DNA of 32,000 nucleotides from Delftia acidovorans NBRC 14950. GTDB taxonomy: Bacteria > Pseudomonadota > Gammaproteobacteria > Burkholderiales > Burkholderiaceae_C. Under the pieces are notes generated by a model. That model searched no databases. It was not told the origin of the DNA and saw only the letters and a program-made list of their open reading frames with translations. Below, in pieces: positions 15,304-23,916 of the stretch; position 1 is the stretch's first letter, and every line of letters starts with the position of its first letter. The DNA lies in assembly GCF_001598795.1 (NCBI RefSeq), contig NZ_BCZP01000013.1, positions 1 to 32,000 on the forward strand. The letters are read 5' to 3'. The position numbers and the translations under genes were made by a program.

Positions 15304-16671
15304 ATGCTCCTGCCCTCCCCCTGGACGCCCCGTCTTGCGCGCATTGAAGCCAGTGCCGCCGAGCGGCTGGCGCGCGCCCTGGCCGACGACATCGTCGAAG
15401 GCCAGCTGGCCGGCGGCGACCGCCTCCCCGCCCACAGAGACCTGGCCGACAGGCTGCAGATCGGCCTGGGCTCGGTGACCAGGGCCTATGCGCTGCTGGA
15501 GCGCCGGGGGCTGACACGCAGCGTCAAGGGCCGGGGCACCTTCGTGGCGTCACAGCAGGCGCAGGCTGGCGAGGACATCGACCTGTCTTCCAACGCGCCG
15601 CCGGCCGCCATCAGCGAACGCATGCTGGCGCGCACGCTGACCGCCATTGCGCGCCGCATCGATGCCGATCACTTCAATTCCTACGCGCCGCCGGGCGGAC
15701 ATCCGGAGCATCGCCGCGTGCTCGCGCGCTGGCTGCAGACGCTGGGCCTGAACGTGGAACCCGACCACATGGTGCTGACCAGCAGCGCGCGCCAGGCGCT
15801 GTCGCTGGCCCTTGACCTGGTCTGCCAGCCCCGGGGCCGGCTGCTGACCGAGCGCATCACCTACCCCGGCGCCATTGCCCTGGCCCGGCGCAAGGGCTGG
15901 GCCCTGCAGGGCCTGGCCATCGACACTCAGGGCCTGCTGCCGCAGGCGCTGGCCGATGCGCTGGAGGGCATTCCCGCCGCCGAAGGCAAGGTGGTCTACC
16001 TCACCCCCACGCTGCACAACCCGACCACGGCCACCATGGGCGCGGAGCGCAGGCAGGCGATCGTGGACATCTGCCGCAGCGCAGGCGCCTGGATCATCGA
16101 AGACGGCGTGTATGCCGCCTGCTTGCCCGATCACGCACCCTTGGCCCATCTGGCCACGCTGGCGCCCGAAATCACGCTGCATGTGAACGGGCTGTCCAAG
16201 TCCCTGGGACCGGGGCTGCAGGTGGGCATGCTGGTGCTGCCCGCTTCGCTGTGCGGCGCGGCTGTGGAGCTTGTGCAGGAGATGTCCATGGCGCCTTCGG
16301 CCCTCTCCTGCGCCGTGATCGATGAATGGCTGTCGCACGGCGTGGTCGCTTCCCTGCAGGCCGACCTGCGCCATGAGGCACAGCGGCGCTGCCGGCTGGC
16401 CGCATCACACCTCGCCTCACACCTGAGTGGCTCCGGCCTGGTGCTGCACCCCGAGGCCTACAACGCCTGGCTGCCCATGGAGCGCGAAGCCGCCGACCGC
16501 CTGGTATCGGCCGCAGCGGCGCTGGGTTTGAAGCTGACCGATCCGGGCTCGCTCATGGTGGACCCGCAGGAGCAGGCCAGCGGGCTGCGCATCTGCCTGG
16601 GTGCGCCGCGTTTCGACGCGCTGGACGGCGCCCTGGCGCAGTTGGCCCGGCTGCTTACTGCGGCGCCCTGA
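15304..16671 (+). CDS. MocR-subfamily GntR regulator (winged HTH fused to a PLP-dependent aminotransferase-fold domain)
   Basis: The ATG at 15304 (MLLPSPWTPRL) lies inside a 942-aa track ORF whose upstream part is antisense to the PhzF and VOC genes. The HTH reads LPAHRDLADRLQIGLGSVTRAYALLERRGL. The AAT-fold region contains YLTPTLHNPTT and the PLP-lysine context NGLSKSLGPGL. Confidence 0.88.
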   Translation: MLLPSPWTPRLARIEASAAERLARALADDIVEGQLAGGDRLPAHRDLADRLQIGLGSVTRAYALLERRGLTRSVKGRGTFVASQQAQAGEDIDLSSNAPPAAISERMLARTLTAIARRIDADHFNSYAPPGGHPEHRRVLARWLQTLGLNVEPDHMVLTSSARQALSLALDLVCQPRGRLLTERITYPGAIALARRKGWALQGLAIDTQGLLPQALADALEGIPAAEGKVVYLTPTLHNPTTATMGAERRQAIVDICRSAGAWIIEDGVYAACLPDHAPLAHLATLAPEITLHVNGLSKSLGPGLQVGMLVLPASLCGAAVELVQEMSMAPSALSCAVIDEWLSHGVVASLQADLRHEAQRRCRLAASHLASHLSGSGLVLHPEAYNAWLPMEREAADRLVSAAAALGLKLTDPGSLMVDPQEQASGLRICLGAPRFDALDGALAQLARLLTAAP

Positions 16672-17104
16672 GCTTGTGCTGCAGCGCCCTGGCCACGGCG
16701 CCCAGCACGGGGACCTTGGCGAAGATTTCCTCCACCGGGTCCCAGAAATCCCGGTGCGTCGCCACCAGCCCGTCGCCATCGAACTGCAGGTAGCTGGTGC
16801 CGCAGATGTGCATGGGCTGGCCGGATGCCCGCACAAAGCCCAGCTCCCACAGCAGAAAACCGCTGTCGCCCTGCACCGCGCCGTGGCTGACGGCGAAGCG
16901 GGGCCGGTCGAGCTGCTCGAACATGTGGGAAAACACGCGCTCGATCGCGGCGTGGCCGCGCACCTCGTTGAACGGGTCCTTGAACAGGGCCTGCTCGGCA
17001 TACAGGGACAGCAGCGCCGGCAGGTTGTCGCGGCGCAGGGCCTCGTAGGCCTGGGCCAAGCGGGCCAGTCGCGGATCGGATATGCCGCTGCTCATGGGTT
17101 TCAT
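16655..17104 (-). CDS. NTF2-like / SnoaL-fold protein
   Basis: 149 aa. LSLYAEQALFKDPFNEVRGHAAIERVF is typical of the SnoaL_2/NTF2 fold. Its ATG overlaps the SDR stop as ATGA (17101-17104). It is the last gene of the eight-gene operon. Confidence 0.78.
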   Translation of the reverse strand: MKPMSSGISDPRLARLAQAYEALRRDNLPALLSLYAEQALFKDPFNEVRGHAAIERVFSHMFEQLDRPRFAVSHGAVQGDSGFLLWELGFVRASGQPMHICGTSYLQFDGDGLVATHRDFWDPVEEIFAKVPVLGAVARALQHKLRAPQ

Positions 17105-17901
17105 GCTCCGGTGAAGCGGCGGACCGCAGAGAAATACCAGGCGTCGGGCAGGCAGCGCAGCAGGCGCACCCAGCGCGTGAAGCGGCGCGGGAAATTCATC
17201 TCAAAACGCCCCTGCGCCCAGCCCTGCAGCATATGCCGGGCCGCCTCGTCGGCGCCGATCAGGGCCGGCATGCTGAAGCTGTTTTGCGCCGTCAGCGGCG
17301 TATCGACAAAGCCGGGATTGATGATGGACACGCCCAGGCCCAGGCCATGCAGGTCCAGATAGAGGTTTTCCGCCAGGTTGTTGAGCGCCGCCTTGGTGGG
17401 GCCGTAGGCCAGGGACATGGGCAGCCCACGGTAGCCGGCCACCGAGCCGACCAGGGCCAGATGGCCCCGGCCAGCCTTGAGCAGCATGGGCAGCGCGGCA
17501 TCGAGCAGGTGCAGCACGCCGCCATAGTTCACGGCCAGGTGGTGCTGCATCTCGGCCAGGTCGAACTCGGTGGCGCGCAGGGGCCGGTAGTGGCCTGCGC
17601 AGTAGAGGATCAGGTCGGGTGCCCCGCCCGCGTGGGCCAGCACGGCCTGGGCGGCCGCATCCACGGCGGCGGCATCGGTCACGTCCAGCGGCAGGGCCAG
17701 GCAGCCCTCGCGGCCGCGCACGAAGTCCTGCAGCGCGCCGCCATGCCGTGCGGAGACGATCACCCGGGCGCCCTGCCGGTGCAGCGCCTCGGCCGTGGCA
17801 CGCCCTATGCCCGAGGAGGCGCCCACCACCCATGCCGAGCGTCCCTTCCAGTCAGCCAGCAGCGGGTTCAGCCCGCGCGAGAACAGCGGCATGGCCATCA
17901 C
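17101..17901 (-). CDS. Short-chain dehydrogenase/reductase (SDR)
   Basis: The cofactor motif is VVGASSGIGRA. The catalytic motif is YGPTKAA (YxxxK). The start is ambiguous (GTG 17901, ATG 17898 or ATG 17892), and all candidates abut or overlap the upstream stop. Confidence 0.88.
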   Translation of the reverse strand: MMAMPLFSRGLNPLLADWKGRSAWVVGASSGIGRATAEALHRQGARVIVSARHGGALQDFVRGREGCLALPLDVTDAAAVDAAAQAVLAHAGGAPDLILYCAGHYRPLRATEFDLAEMQHHLAVNYGGVLHLLDAALPMLLKAGRGHLALVGSVAGYRGLPMSLAYGPTKAALNNLAENLYLDLHGLGLGVSIINPGFVDTPLTAQNSFSMPALIGADEAARHMLQGWAQGRFEMNFPRRFTRWVRLLRCLPDAWYFSAVRRFTGA

Positions 17902-18458
17902 TCCTTGACAAAGGACAGCGTCACATCGCCCAGGTGCACGCCGAGCTTGCTCATGGCCGTGCGGTTGAGCAGGGTGCGCCCGTCCATGAGGTACATCCAG
18001 TCATCCATGTGGACGTTCCAGACCCGCCCATTCACGGGCAGGGCCAGCACATAGCTCCAGCGGATGGCATTGCCCGCGCTCTGGCCCTGGGCCTCGCCCA
18101 CCACGTCGTCGGCCCGGCCGCTGTAGCGGCCCTCGCCCAGGTGGCGGATATGCCAGACCCGCTCCTGCGTGCTGCCGTCGCTGTAGACGAAGTGCTCCTC
18201 CAGGGAGCCCTCGTCGCCATTCCAGCGGCCCGTCATGCGCACGGTGAATCGCTTGACCACCTTGCCCGATCGGTCCGTGAACATGCCGTGCGCCGTCAGC
18301 GGCCCGTTGAAATACTGGCGCAGGTCCAGCTGCGGCTGCTCCTTGGCGTAGTCCTGGACCGAAGGCCCGGCACAGCCCGCAAGGGACAGTGCCAAGGCCG
18401 CCCCCAGGCAGACGCGCCGCAGCGGCGAAAACGAAGTGGAGTGGGTGATGTGGCTCAT
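17898..18458 (-). CDS. DUF3833-family lipoprotein
   Basis: The ATG at 18458 overlaps the MFS stop as ATGA. The lipobox is LSLAGC. FNGPLTAHGMFTDRSGKVVKRFTVRMTGRWNGD matches the DUF3833 pattern. Confidence 0.8.
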   Translation of the reverse strand: MSHITHSTSFSPLRRVCLGAALALSLAGCAGPSVQDYAKEQPQLDLRQYFNGPLTAHGMFTDRSGKVVKRFTVRMTGRWNGDEGSLEEHFVYSDGSTQERVWHIRHLGEGRYSGRADDVVGEAQGQSAGNAIRWSYVLALPVNGRVWNVHMDDWMYLMDGRTLLNRTAMSKLGVHLGDVTLSFVKE

Positions 18459-19783
18459 GTGTGACTCCAGGAAGAATGCAATCGCTCGGCGCGCCAAAGC
18501 AGCAGCGCCGCCGCCAGCTTGAGCAGGCAGGGCAGCCCGCCATAGGCCCAGGCCAGCGCCTGCAGCCCGGCCGGGTCGGTGCCGCCGCTGCGGTAGCCCG
18601 CGGCGGACAGCAGGGGCAGGGCCAGGCCCGCAGCCAGGGCCAGGTTGAGCTTGGTGGCGCAGGTCCACCAGCCCAGGTAGCGGCCCTCGCCCCGGCCGCC
18701 CTGGCCGGACTCGTGGATCACGCCCGTGAGCAGTGCGCCCGGTAAGGCCAGGTCCGCGCCCAGGGCCAGCCCGCTGGCCAGGCAGATCACGGCAAAGGCC
18801 ATGGCATCGCCCGCGCCCAGCCAGGGCGTGAAGCCGAAGGCCAGCACGCTGGCCAGCATGCCCGCGCGCCAGCTGGGCGCCAGGCCCCAGCGCGAGACGG
18901 CCTTCACCCACAGCGGCAGGCCCAGGGCCGCCGCGCCAAAGAAGCACAGCAGCAGCAGGGGCTGCAGTGCAGGCGCCTGCAGCCTGTCGGCCACAAAGAA
19001 GGGCAGCAAGGTGGCGGGAACGGCCGCGGCCACGCCATTGAGCATGAAGATGGCCAGCAGCCGGCGAAACCCGGCATCCGCCCATGGAGAAGTGGAAGAG
19101 GCCAGGGCGGCCGAGGCCGGGGACTCCGCTTGCGGCATGCGCGGCGCAGAGGACACATGGGGCACAGGAGCCACGGGCGCCCGGAGCCGGTACAGCCCCA
19201 TCAGCCCCAGCGCCAGGCCCAGCGCAAGCACGGCGCTGGTGGCGTCAAGGCCCATCAAGGCCGGCAGCACGCTGGCCAGCAGCACGCCCGCCAGCGTGGC
19301 GCCCTCGCGCCAGGCCGTCACACGGGCACGCCAGGCGGGCTGCCCGCCCCAGCGGGTGCCCCAGGCCTGGTGGAGGATGGTGACGAAGCTGTAGGCCAGC
19401 GTGCACACCAGCAGGCTGCCGGCCAGCCAGCCCAGCATGGCGGCCTCGGAGCCGCGCGGCGGATGCCACAGCGCCCCGAAACCCAGCACCATCAGCAGGC
19501 TGCCCAGCGCAGCCGCACGCCAGGCCGGCCGCACACCGCCGCGCAGCAGCCTGTCGGCCTGGCGGCCAATTGCCGGATCGACCACGGCATCGAGCGCCCG
19601 CGTGGCCAGCAGCACGGCGCCCAGCCCGGCCAGCGGCGCGCCGGCCACGCTGGCGTAGTGGTAGGGCAGGTTCACATACAGGGGCAGGGACACAAAGGCC
19701 AGCGGCGCGGCCAGCCCGCCATAGGCCAGCCCTGTGCGCCAGGGCAGCACGGGGGCAGGAGCGGGGGCCGGGACGGAGGTCAT
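18455..19783 (-). CDS. MFS-type transporter
   Basis: 442 aa, with about 12 hydrophobic segments and a Gly/Ala/Leu-rich composition. It begins 18 nt after the upstream gene. Confidence 0.83.
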   Translation of the reverse strand: MTSVPAPAPAPVLPWRTGLAYGGLAAPLAFVSLPLYVNLPYHYASVAGAPLAGLGAVLLATRALDAVVDPAIGRQADRLLRGGVRPAWRAAALGSLLMVLGFGALWHPPRGSEAAMLGWLAGSLLVCTLAYSFVTILHQAWGTRWGGQPAWRARVTAWREGATLAGVLLASVLPALMGLDATSAVLALGLALGLMGLYRLRAPVAPVPHVSSAPRMPQAESPASAALASSTSPWADAGFRRLLAIFMLNGVAAAVPATLLPFFVADRLQAPALQPLLLLCFFGAAALGLPLWVKAVSRWGLAPSWRAGMLASVLAFGFTPWLGAGDAMAFAVICLASGLALGADLALPGALLTGVIHESGQGGRGEGRYLGWWTCATKLNLALAAGLALPLLSAAGYRSGGTDPAGLQALAWAYGGLPCLLKLAAALLLWRAERLHSSWSHT

Positions 19784-19801
19784 GGCATGGTCCGCTGGCG
19801 T

Positions 19802-20419
19802 TCAGCCCTGGCCCAGCAGCGAGGTGCGCATGGCAGGCGCCGAGGTCTGCGGCGACAGCCAGATGCCGAAGAACAGGCGCGCATAGTCGGCATCGCGCAG
19901 CTGCGCCGTCTGCCGGCCGTTGTGGAAAAAGCGCACATCGCCCTGGCCATCGTTCAGGCCCAGCAGCCGGTCCTTGGCCACCACATCGGGAAAGGCCTGC
20001 TTCATCAGGTCCAGCCATTGGCGCGCCTGCTCTTCGGTGAAGCTGCCGACCCTGCGCATTTCGGCGATGGAGCGCTCGGCGATGGCCGCGCCTTCGAGCT
20101 TGCGGTCGTAGACCAGCTCCAGCGCAAACGGGTGGCGGGCGTAGTCCTCGGGCAGCAGTCCGGGCGCGGCCCACAGCCGCGCCTCATAGACGCGCAGGCC
20201 GAAAAAGCGCAGCACGGCCGTGCCCATCAGGCGCGCAGACGGCAGGGCGCTGCGCAGTTCGGCCGGAAGTTCGGCGGTCGGGGTCATGGCGTGCAGGGCG
20301 TTGGACATGGTGATCAATGAAGGGGCAAGGACGCAGGCGGCGCACCAGCCCAGGGCCTTGCGGCGGGGTGCATGGGGTGCACGCGGCGCGCGGCGCGCGT
20401 GAGGTTGCGGGGCTGTCAT
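19802..20419 (-). CDS. Chalcone-isomerase-like family protein (secreted/periplasmic)
   Basis: The ATG at 20419 overlaps the upstream stop as ATGA. A signal-like segment reads RKALGWCAACVLAPSLITMSNALHA. LRFFGLRVYEARLW and LFFGIWL are typical of bacterial CHI-like proteins. Confidence 0.78.
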   Translation of the reverse strand: MTAPQPHARRAPRAPHAPRRKALGWCAACVLAPSLITMSNALHAMTPTAELPAELRSALPSARLMGTAVLRFFGLRVYEARLWAAPGLLPEDYARHPFALELVYDRKLEGAAIAERSIAEMRRVGSFTEEQARQWLDLMKQAFPDVVAKDRLLGLNDGQGDVRFFHNGRQTAQLRDADYARLFFGIWLSPQTSAPAMRTSLLGQG

Positions 20420-21684
20420 GGCAGGGGCTTGCGCAGCGTGAACTGGACGACATCGGTGTTGCCGGTATCGAAGGCCGCCTCGCAATACGCCAGGTAGAAG
20501 GTCCAGATGCGCACGAAGCGTTCGTCAAAGCCCTGGGCACGCACGGTCTCCAGGCGCTCCTCGAAGGACTGGCGCCAGCGCCTGAGCGTCTCCGCATAGT
20601 CGCGGCCAAAGGCCATGCGGCCTTCCACCACCAGGCCGGCGCGCCGTGCCTCCTGCTCGAAGGCGGGGATGCTGGGCAGCAGGCCGCCCGGGAAGATGTA
20701 CTGCTGGATGAAGTCGGTGGAGCGCAGATAGCGCGCGAACAGGTCCTCGCGCAGCGTGATGGTCTGTATGCAGGCCAGGCCCCCGGGCTTGAGGCAGTCG
20801 CGCAGCGTCTGGAAGTAGCCGCGCCAGTATTCGCGGCCCACGGCCTCGAACATCTCGATGGAGACGATGGCGTCGAAGGGCTCGCCCGCATGGCGCGCGG
20901 GCAGGTCGCGGTAGTCCTGGTAGCGCAGCTCCACCGCGTCGGCCAGGCCGGACTGCTGCATGCGCTGCTGCCCCCAGACCAGTTGCTCGCGCGACAGGGT
21001 CACGCCCGTGACCCGGGCGCCGAACTCCTGCGCCGCCGCCTCGGCCAGGCCGCCCCAGCCGCAGCCGATTTCCAGCAGGCGCTGGCCGGGCTGCAGCCGC
21101 ACCTCGTCCAGCGTGCGCCTGAGCTTGGCCTGCTGGGCCTCCTGGAGGTCCGCGTTGCGCAGCGCTTGGCCCGTGCGGCCCTGGAACCAGGCCGCGCTGT
21201 AGCTCATGCCCGGGTCCAGCCACAGGCGGTAGAAATCATTGCCCAGGTCGTAATGTGCATGGATGTTCCTGGCGCTGCCGGCCCGCGTATTGCGCTGCAG
21301 CAGATGGCGCAGGCGGTAGCCCAGCCGGCCCCACCAGCTGCCATAGACCAGGCTTTGCACATGGTCGCGGTTGACCATGCACAGCCGCAGCAGGGCGGCC
21401 AGGTCGGGGCTGTCCCACTCACCGGCGATATAGCCTTCGGCCAGCCCGATGTCGCCCGATTTGAGTGTGCGCTCCAGCGCCTGCCAGTCGTGCAGCACGC
21501 AATGCGCATCGGCAGCCCCCGACGGCGGGCGGGGCAGGTGCAGCAGGCGGCCATCGGGCTGCTCCAGGTCCAGTTGCCCGTGGGGCAGGCGTTCGAGCAG
21601 GTTCAGCACCCGGCGCGCCCGTGCAGGCGTGCGGCGCGGCGCTGCCGCGGAGGGGCTCAGCAGGGGGGCGGCGGTAGTGTTCAT
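20416..21684 (-). CDS. Cyclopropane-fatty-acyl-phospholipid synthase family SAM-dependent methylase
   Basis: The ATG at 21684 (MNTTAAPLL) overlaps the DUF1365 stop as ATGA. Motifs are NIHAHYDLGNDFYRLWLDPGMSYS, LLEIGCGWGGLA and IFPGGLLPS. Confidence 0.92.
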   Translation of the reverse strand: MNTTAAPLLSPSAAAPRRTPARARRVLNLLERLPHGQLDLEQPDGRLLHLPRPPSGAADAHCVLHDWQALERTLKSGDIGLAEGYIAGEWDSPDLAALLRLCMVNRDHVQSLVYGSWWGRLGYRLRHLLQRNTRAGSARNIHAHYDLGNDFYRLWLDPGMSYSAAWFQGRTGQALRNADLQEAQQAKLRRTLDEVRLQPGQRLLEIGCGWGGLAEAAAQEFGARVTGVTLSREQLVWGQQRMQQSGLADAVELRYQDYRDLPARHAGEPFDAIVSIEMFEAVGREYWRGYFQTLRDCLKPGGLACIQTITLREDLFARYLRSTDFIQQYIFPGGLLPSIPAFEQEARRAGLVVEGRMAFGRDYAETLRRWRQSFEERLETVRAQGFDERFVRIWTFYLAYCEAAFDTGNTDVVQFTLRKPLP

Positions 21685-22433
21685 CGTGTGACGAAGCGCT
21701 TGGGCTCGGAGGGTTTGCCATGGAAAGGCACGCGCTTGGCCCAAAGGCGCAGCGCATGCCAGTGGATGCGGGCGACCACGCCCAGCGTCATCAGGGGCGT
21801 GCCGAAGAAGGCGCGGCGCACGGTGGCGCCGTCGAGCGGGTGCAGCACGCCGCCCACGCTGGTCTGCAGCAGCGGGCCGTCCTCGTCGTGCAGGTCCACG
21901 CGCGCCAGGGTGCGGCCTTCGCCGCGCTCGAAGCGGAAGCGGTACTCGCCGCGCACCTCGCAAAACGGCGAGACATGGAATTGCTTGCGCGCCACCTGCT
22001 CGCGGCCCCAGTCCAGGTCCGGCCCCGCCAGCAGATAGGCATGGCGCTCGCCAAAGGTGTTGTTGACCTCGGCCAGCACGGCGGCCAGCGAGCCGTCGGC
22101 GCGGTGCGCATACCAAAAGCTCACGGGCTTGAACACGTAGCCCAGCACGCGGGGGAAGGTGTGCAGCCAGACCTCGCCATCGGCGTCGGCTATGCCTTCG
22201 CTGTGCAGCAGCTGCTCGAACCAGGCCAGTGCGTCGCAGCCGCCCTCGCCGTGGTCGCTGTCATGAAAGCTCAGCCAGCCCAGCCGGTTGCGCCGCAGCG
22301 CGGCGTCCGGCTGCGTGCGCAGGCTGCGCAGCGGCAGCATCAGAAAGTAGCCGGGATAGCGGAAGGCATGCTCGACAGGCCGCAGGCGGCGGTGCCAGAC
22401 ATGGCCGAAGCCGATGAGGGGGCGGGCCGTCAT
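21681..22433 (-). CDS. DUF1365-family protein
   Basis: The ATG at 22433 (MTARPLIGFGHVWHRRLRPVEHAFRYPGYFLMLPL) overlaps the upstream stop as ATGA. The G.V.H.R..P..H.F.Y pattern is characteristic of DUF1365. Confidence 0.85.
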   Translation of the reverse strand: MTARPLIGFGHVWHRRLRPVEHAFRYPGYFLMLPLRSLRTQPDAALRRNRLGWLSFHDSDHGEGGCDALAWFEQLLHSEGIADADGEVWLHTFPRVLGYVFKPVSFWYAHRADGSLAAVLAEVNNTFGERHAYLLAGPDLDWGREQVARKQFHVSPFCEVRGEYRFRFERGEGRTLARVDLHDEDGPLLQTSVGGVLHPLDGATVRRAFFGTPLMTLGVVARIHWHALRLWAKRVPFHGKPSEPKRFVTR

Positions 22434-23776
22434 GCAACCCCCTCGAAGGCCGCGCTGGCGGGCAGAACGGGCAAGGCCGGCAGGGAACGCAGCAGGCCAT
22501 CGGCCGCGTCCAGGCCCGAGCGCAGGCCGTCTTCGTGAAAGCCGTAGCCGCACCATGCGCCGCAGAACCAGGTCCGGCGCTGGCCCTGCACGTCGGCCAC
22601 GCGGCCCTGGGCCTCGATGGCCGCCAGGTCGAACACCGGGTGGCTGTACTCGATGCGCGCATGGACCTGGCCTTCATCGATCGGGCGCACCGGGTTCAGC
22701 GAAACCATCACGGGCTGCTGCCACGGCAGGGGCTGCAGGCGATTGAGCAGGTAGTGCAGGCAGACGCCGGCCTGGTCCCGCCCCGGGTCGGCCGCGCGTT
22801 CGTAGTTCCAGGCGGCCCAGGCCGCCTGCCTGCGCGGCAGCACGCTGGCATCGGTGTGCAGAACGGCCTGGTTGGGCTGGTAGCGGATGGCGCCCAGCAC
22901 GCTGCGCTCCTGTGGCGTGGCATCGCTGCCGAGCAGGCGCAGGGCCTGGTCGCTGTGGCAGGCCAGCACCACGGCGTCGAACGGCTCCGTGCCGTTCGCC
23001 GTCTGCAGCAGCGCGCCGTGCGCGGCGCGGCGCAGGCCCAGCACGGGCGCATTCAGGCGCGCCTCGTGGCGGCCGTCCTTCAGCAGCGCGGCCACCATGC
23101 GCCGCACGTACTGGCGCGAGCCGCCGCGCACCGTGTGCCACTGCGGCCGGTCCGTGACCTGGATCAGTCCATGGTTGTGGCAAAAGCGGATCAGCGTGGC
23201 CACGGGAAAGCGCAGCATCTGGTCGGTGGGGCAGGACCAGATGCAGCCCATCATGGGCAGCAGGTAGTCCTGACGGAAGGCGGCGCCAAAGCCGTGGTCG
23301 TCCAGAAAATCGCCGATGGCGCTGCGCAGCCGCACTTCATCGCCTTCCTGGGCGATGCGCGTGGCCAGGCGGTTGAAGCGCAGGATCTCGGCCAGCATCT
23401 TCAGAAAGCGCGGGCGCAGCAGATTGCCCCGCTGCGCGAACACGCCGCCCAGCGAACTGCCGCTCCATTCAAGGCCCGCGCGGCCATCGGCCTGGGGCAC
23501 CTGCACGGAAAACGACATCTCGGCGGCAGCCGTGGGCACCTGCAGCTGCTCGAACAAACGTGTCAGCAGTGGATAGGTGCGGTGGTTGAAGACCAGAAAG
23601 CCGGTGTCCACGCCCTGGCTCACGCCGCCCAGCGTCAGGTCCACCGTGTTGGCGTGCCCCCCGAAATGGCCGCCAGCCTCCAGCAAGGTCACGGCAGGCC
23701 CGCCCGGCGCCGCGGCCAGGCGGCTCGCTGCGGCCAGCCCCGCAATCCCCGAACCGATGACAGCAATGCGATGCAT
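22430..23776 (-). CDS. FAD/NAD(P)-dependent oxidoreductase (amine-oxidase / phytoene-desaturase-like)
   Basis: 448 aa. The N-terminal dinucleotide fold reads MHRIAVIGSGIAGLAAA. It is the first gene of the eight-gene operon and is divergent from the TetR gene. Confidence 0.9.
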   Translation of the reverse strand: MHRIAVIGSGIAGLAAASRLAAAPGGPAVTLLEAGGHFGGHANTVDLTLGGVSQGVDTGFLVFNHRTYPLLTRLFEQLQVPTAAAEMSFSVQVPQADGRAGLEWSGSSLGGVFAQRGNLLRPRFLKMLAEILRFNRLATRIAQEGDEVRLRSAIGDFLDDHGFGAAFRQDYLLPMMGCIWSCPTDQMLRFPVATLIRFCHNHGLIQVTDRPQWHTVRGGSRQYVRRMVAALLKDGRHEARLNAPVLGLRRAAHGALLQTANGTEPFDAVVLACHSDQALRLLGSDATPQERSVLGAIRYQPNQAVLHTDASVLPRRQAAWAAWNYERAADPGRDQAGVCLHYLLNRLQPLPWQQPVMVSLNPVRPIDEGQVHARIEYSHPVFDLAAIEAQGRVADVQGQRRTWFCGAWCGYGFHEDGLRSGLDAADGLLRSLPALPVLPASAAFEGVA

Positions 23777-23828
23777 GGAGGCGCCCTTCTTGGTTGAACA
23801 GACCGACTAGACCACAAAGACCAAATCG

Positions 23829-23844
23829 TGAACTGATGAGTTCA
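23829..23844. promoter_or_regulatory. Palindrome in the AT-rich TetR/operon divergent region (candidate TetR operator)
   Basis: TGAACT-GATG-AGTTCA (23829-23844) has perfect 6-bp arms. A second inverted pair is ACCAAA (23853-23858) and TTTGGT (23877-23882). Confidence 0.35.
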
Positions 23845-23916
23845 AACTATAAACCAAACATACCCGCTTTGCACTATTTGGTATCAGATATGACCTGCGA
23901 GGTCTAAAATATCGCT

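Noticed and set aside
20317-22038. 573-aa plus-strand ORF
   Set aside because: It is antisense to the CFA-synthase-like and DUF1365 genes, which have clear family motifs and ATGA coupling.
22535-23797. 420-aa plus-strand ORF
   Set aside because: It is antisense to the FAD oxidoreductase gene, which has the GxGxxG N-terminus.
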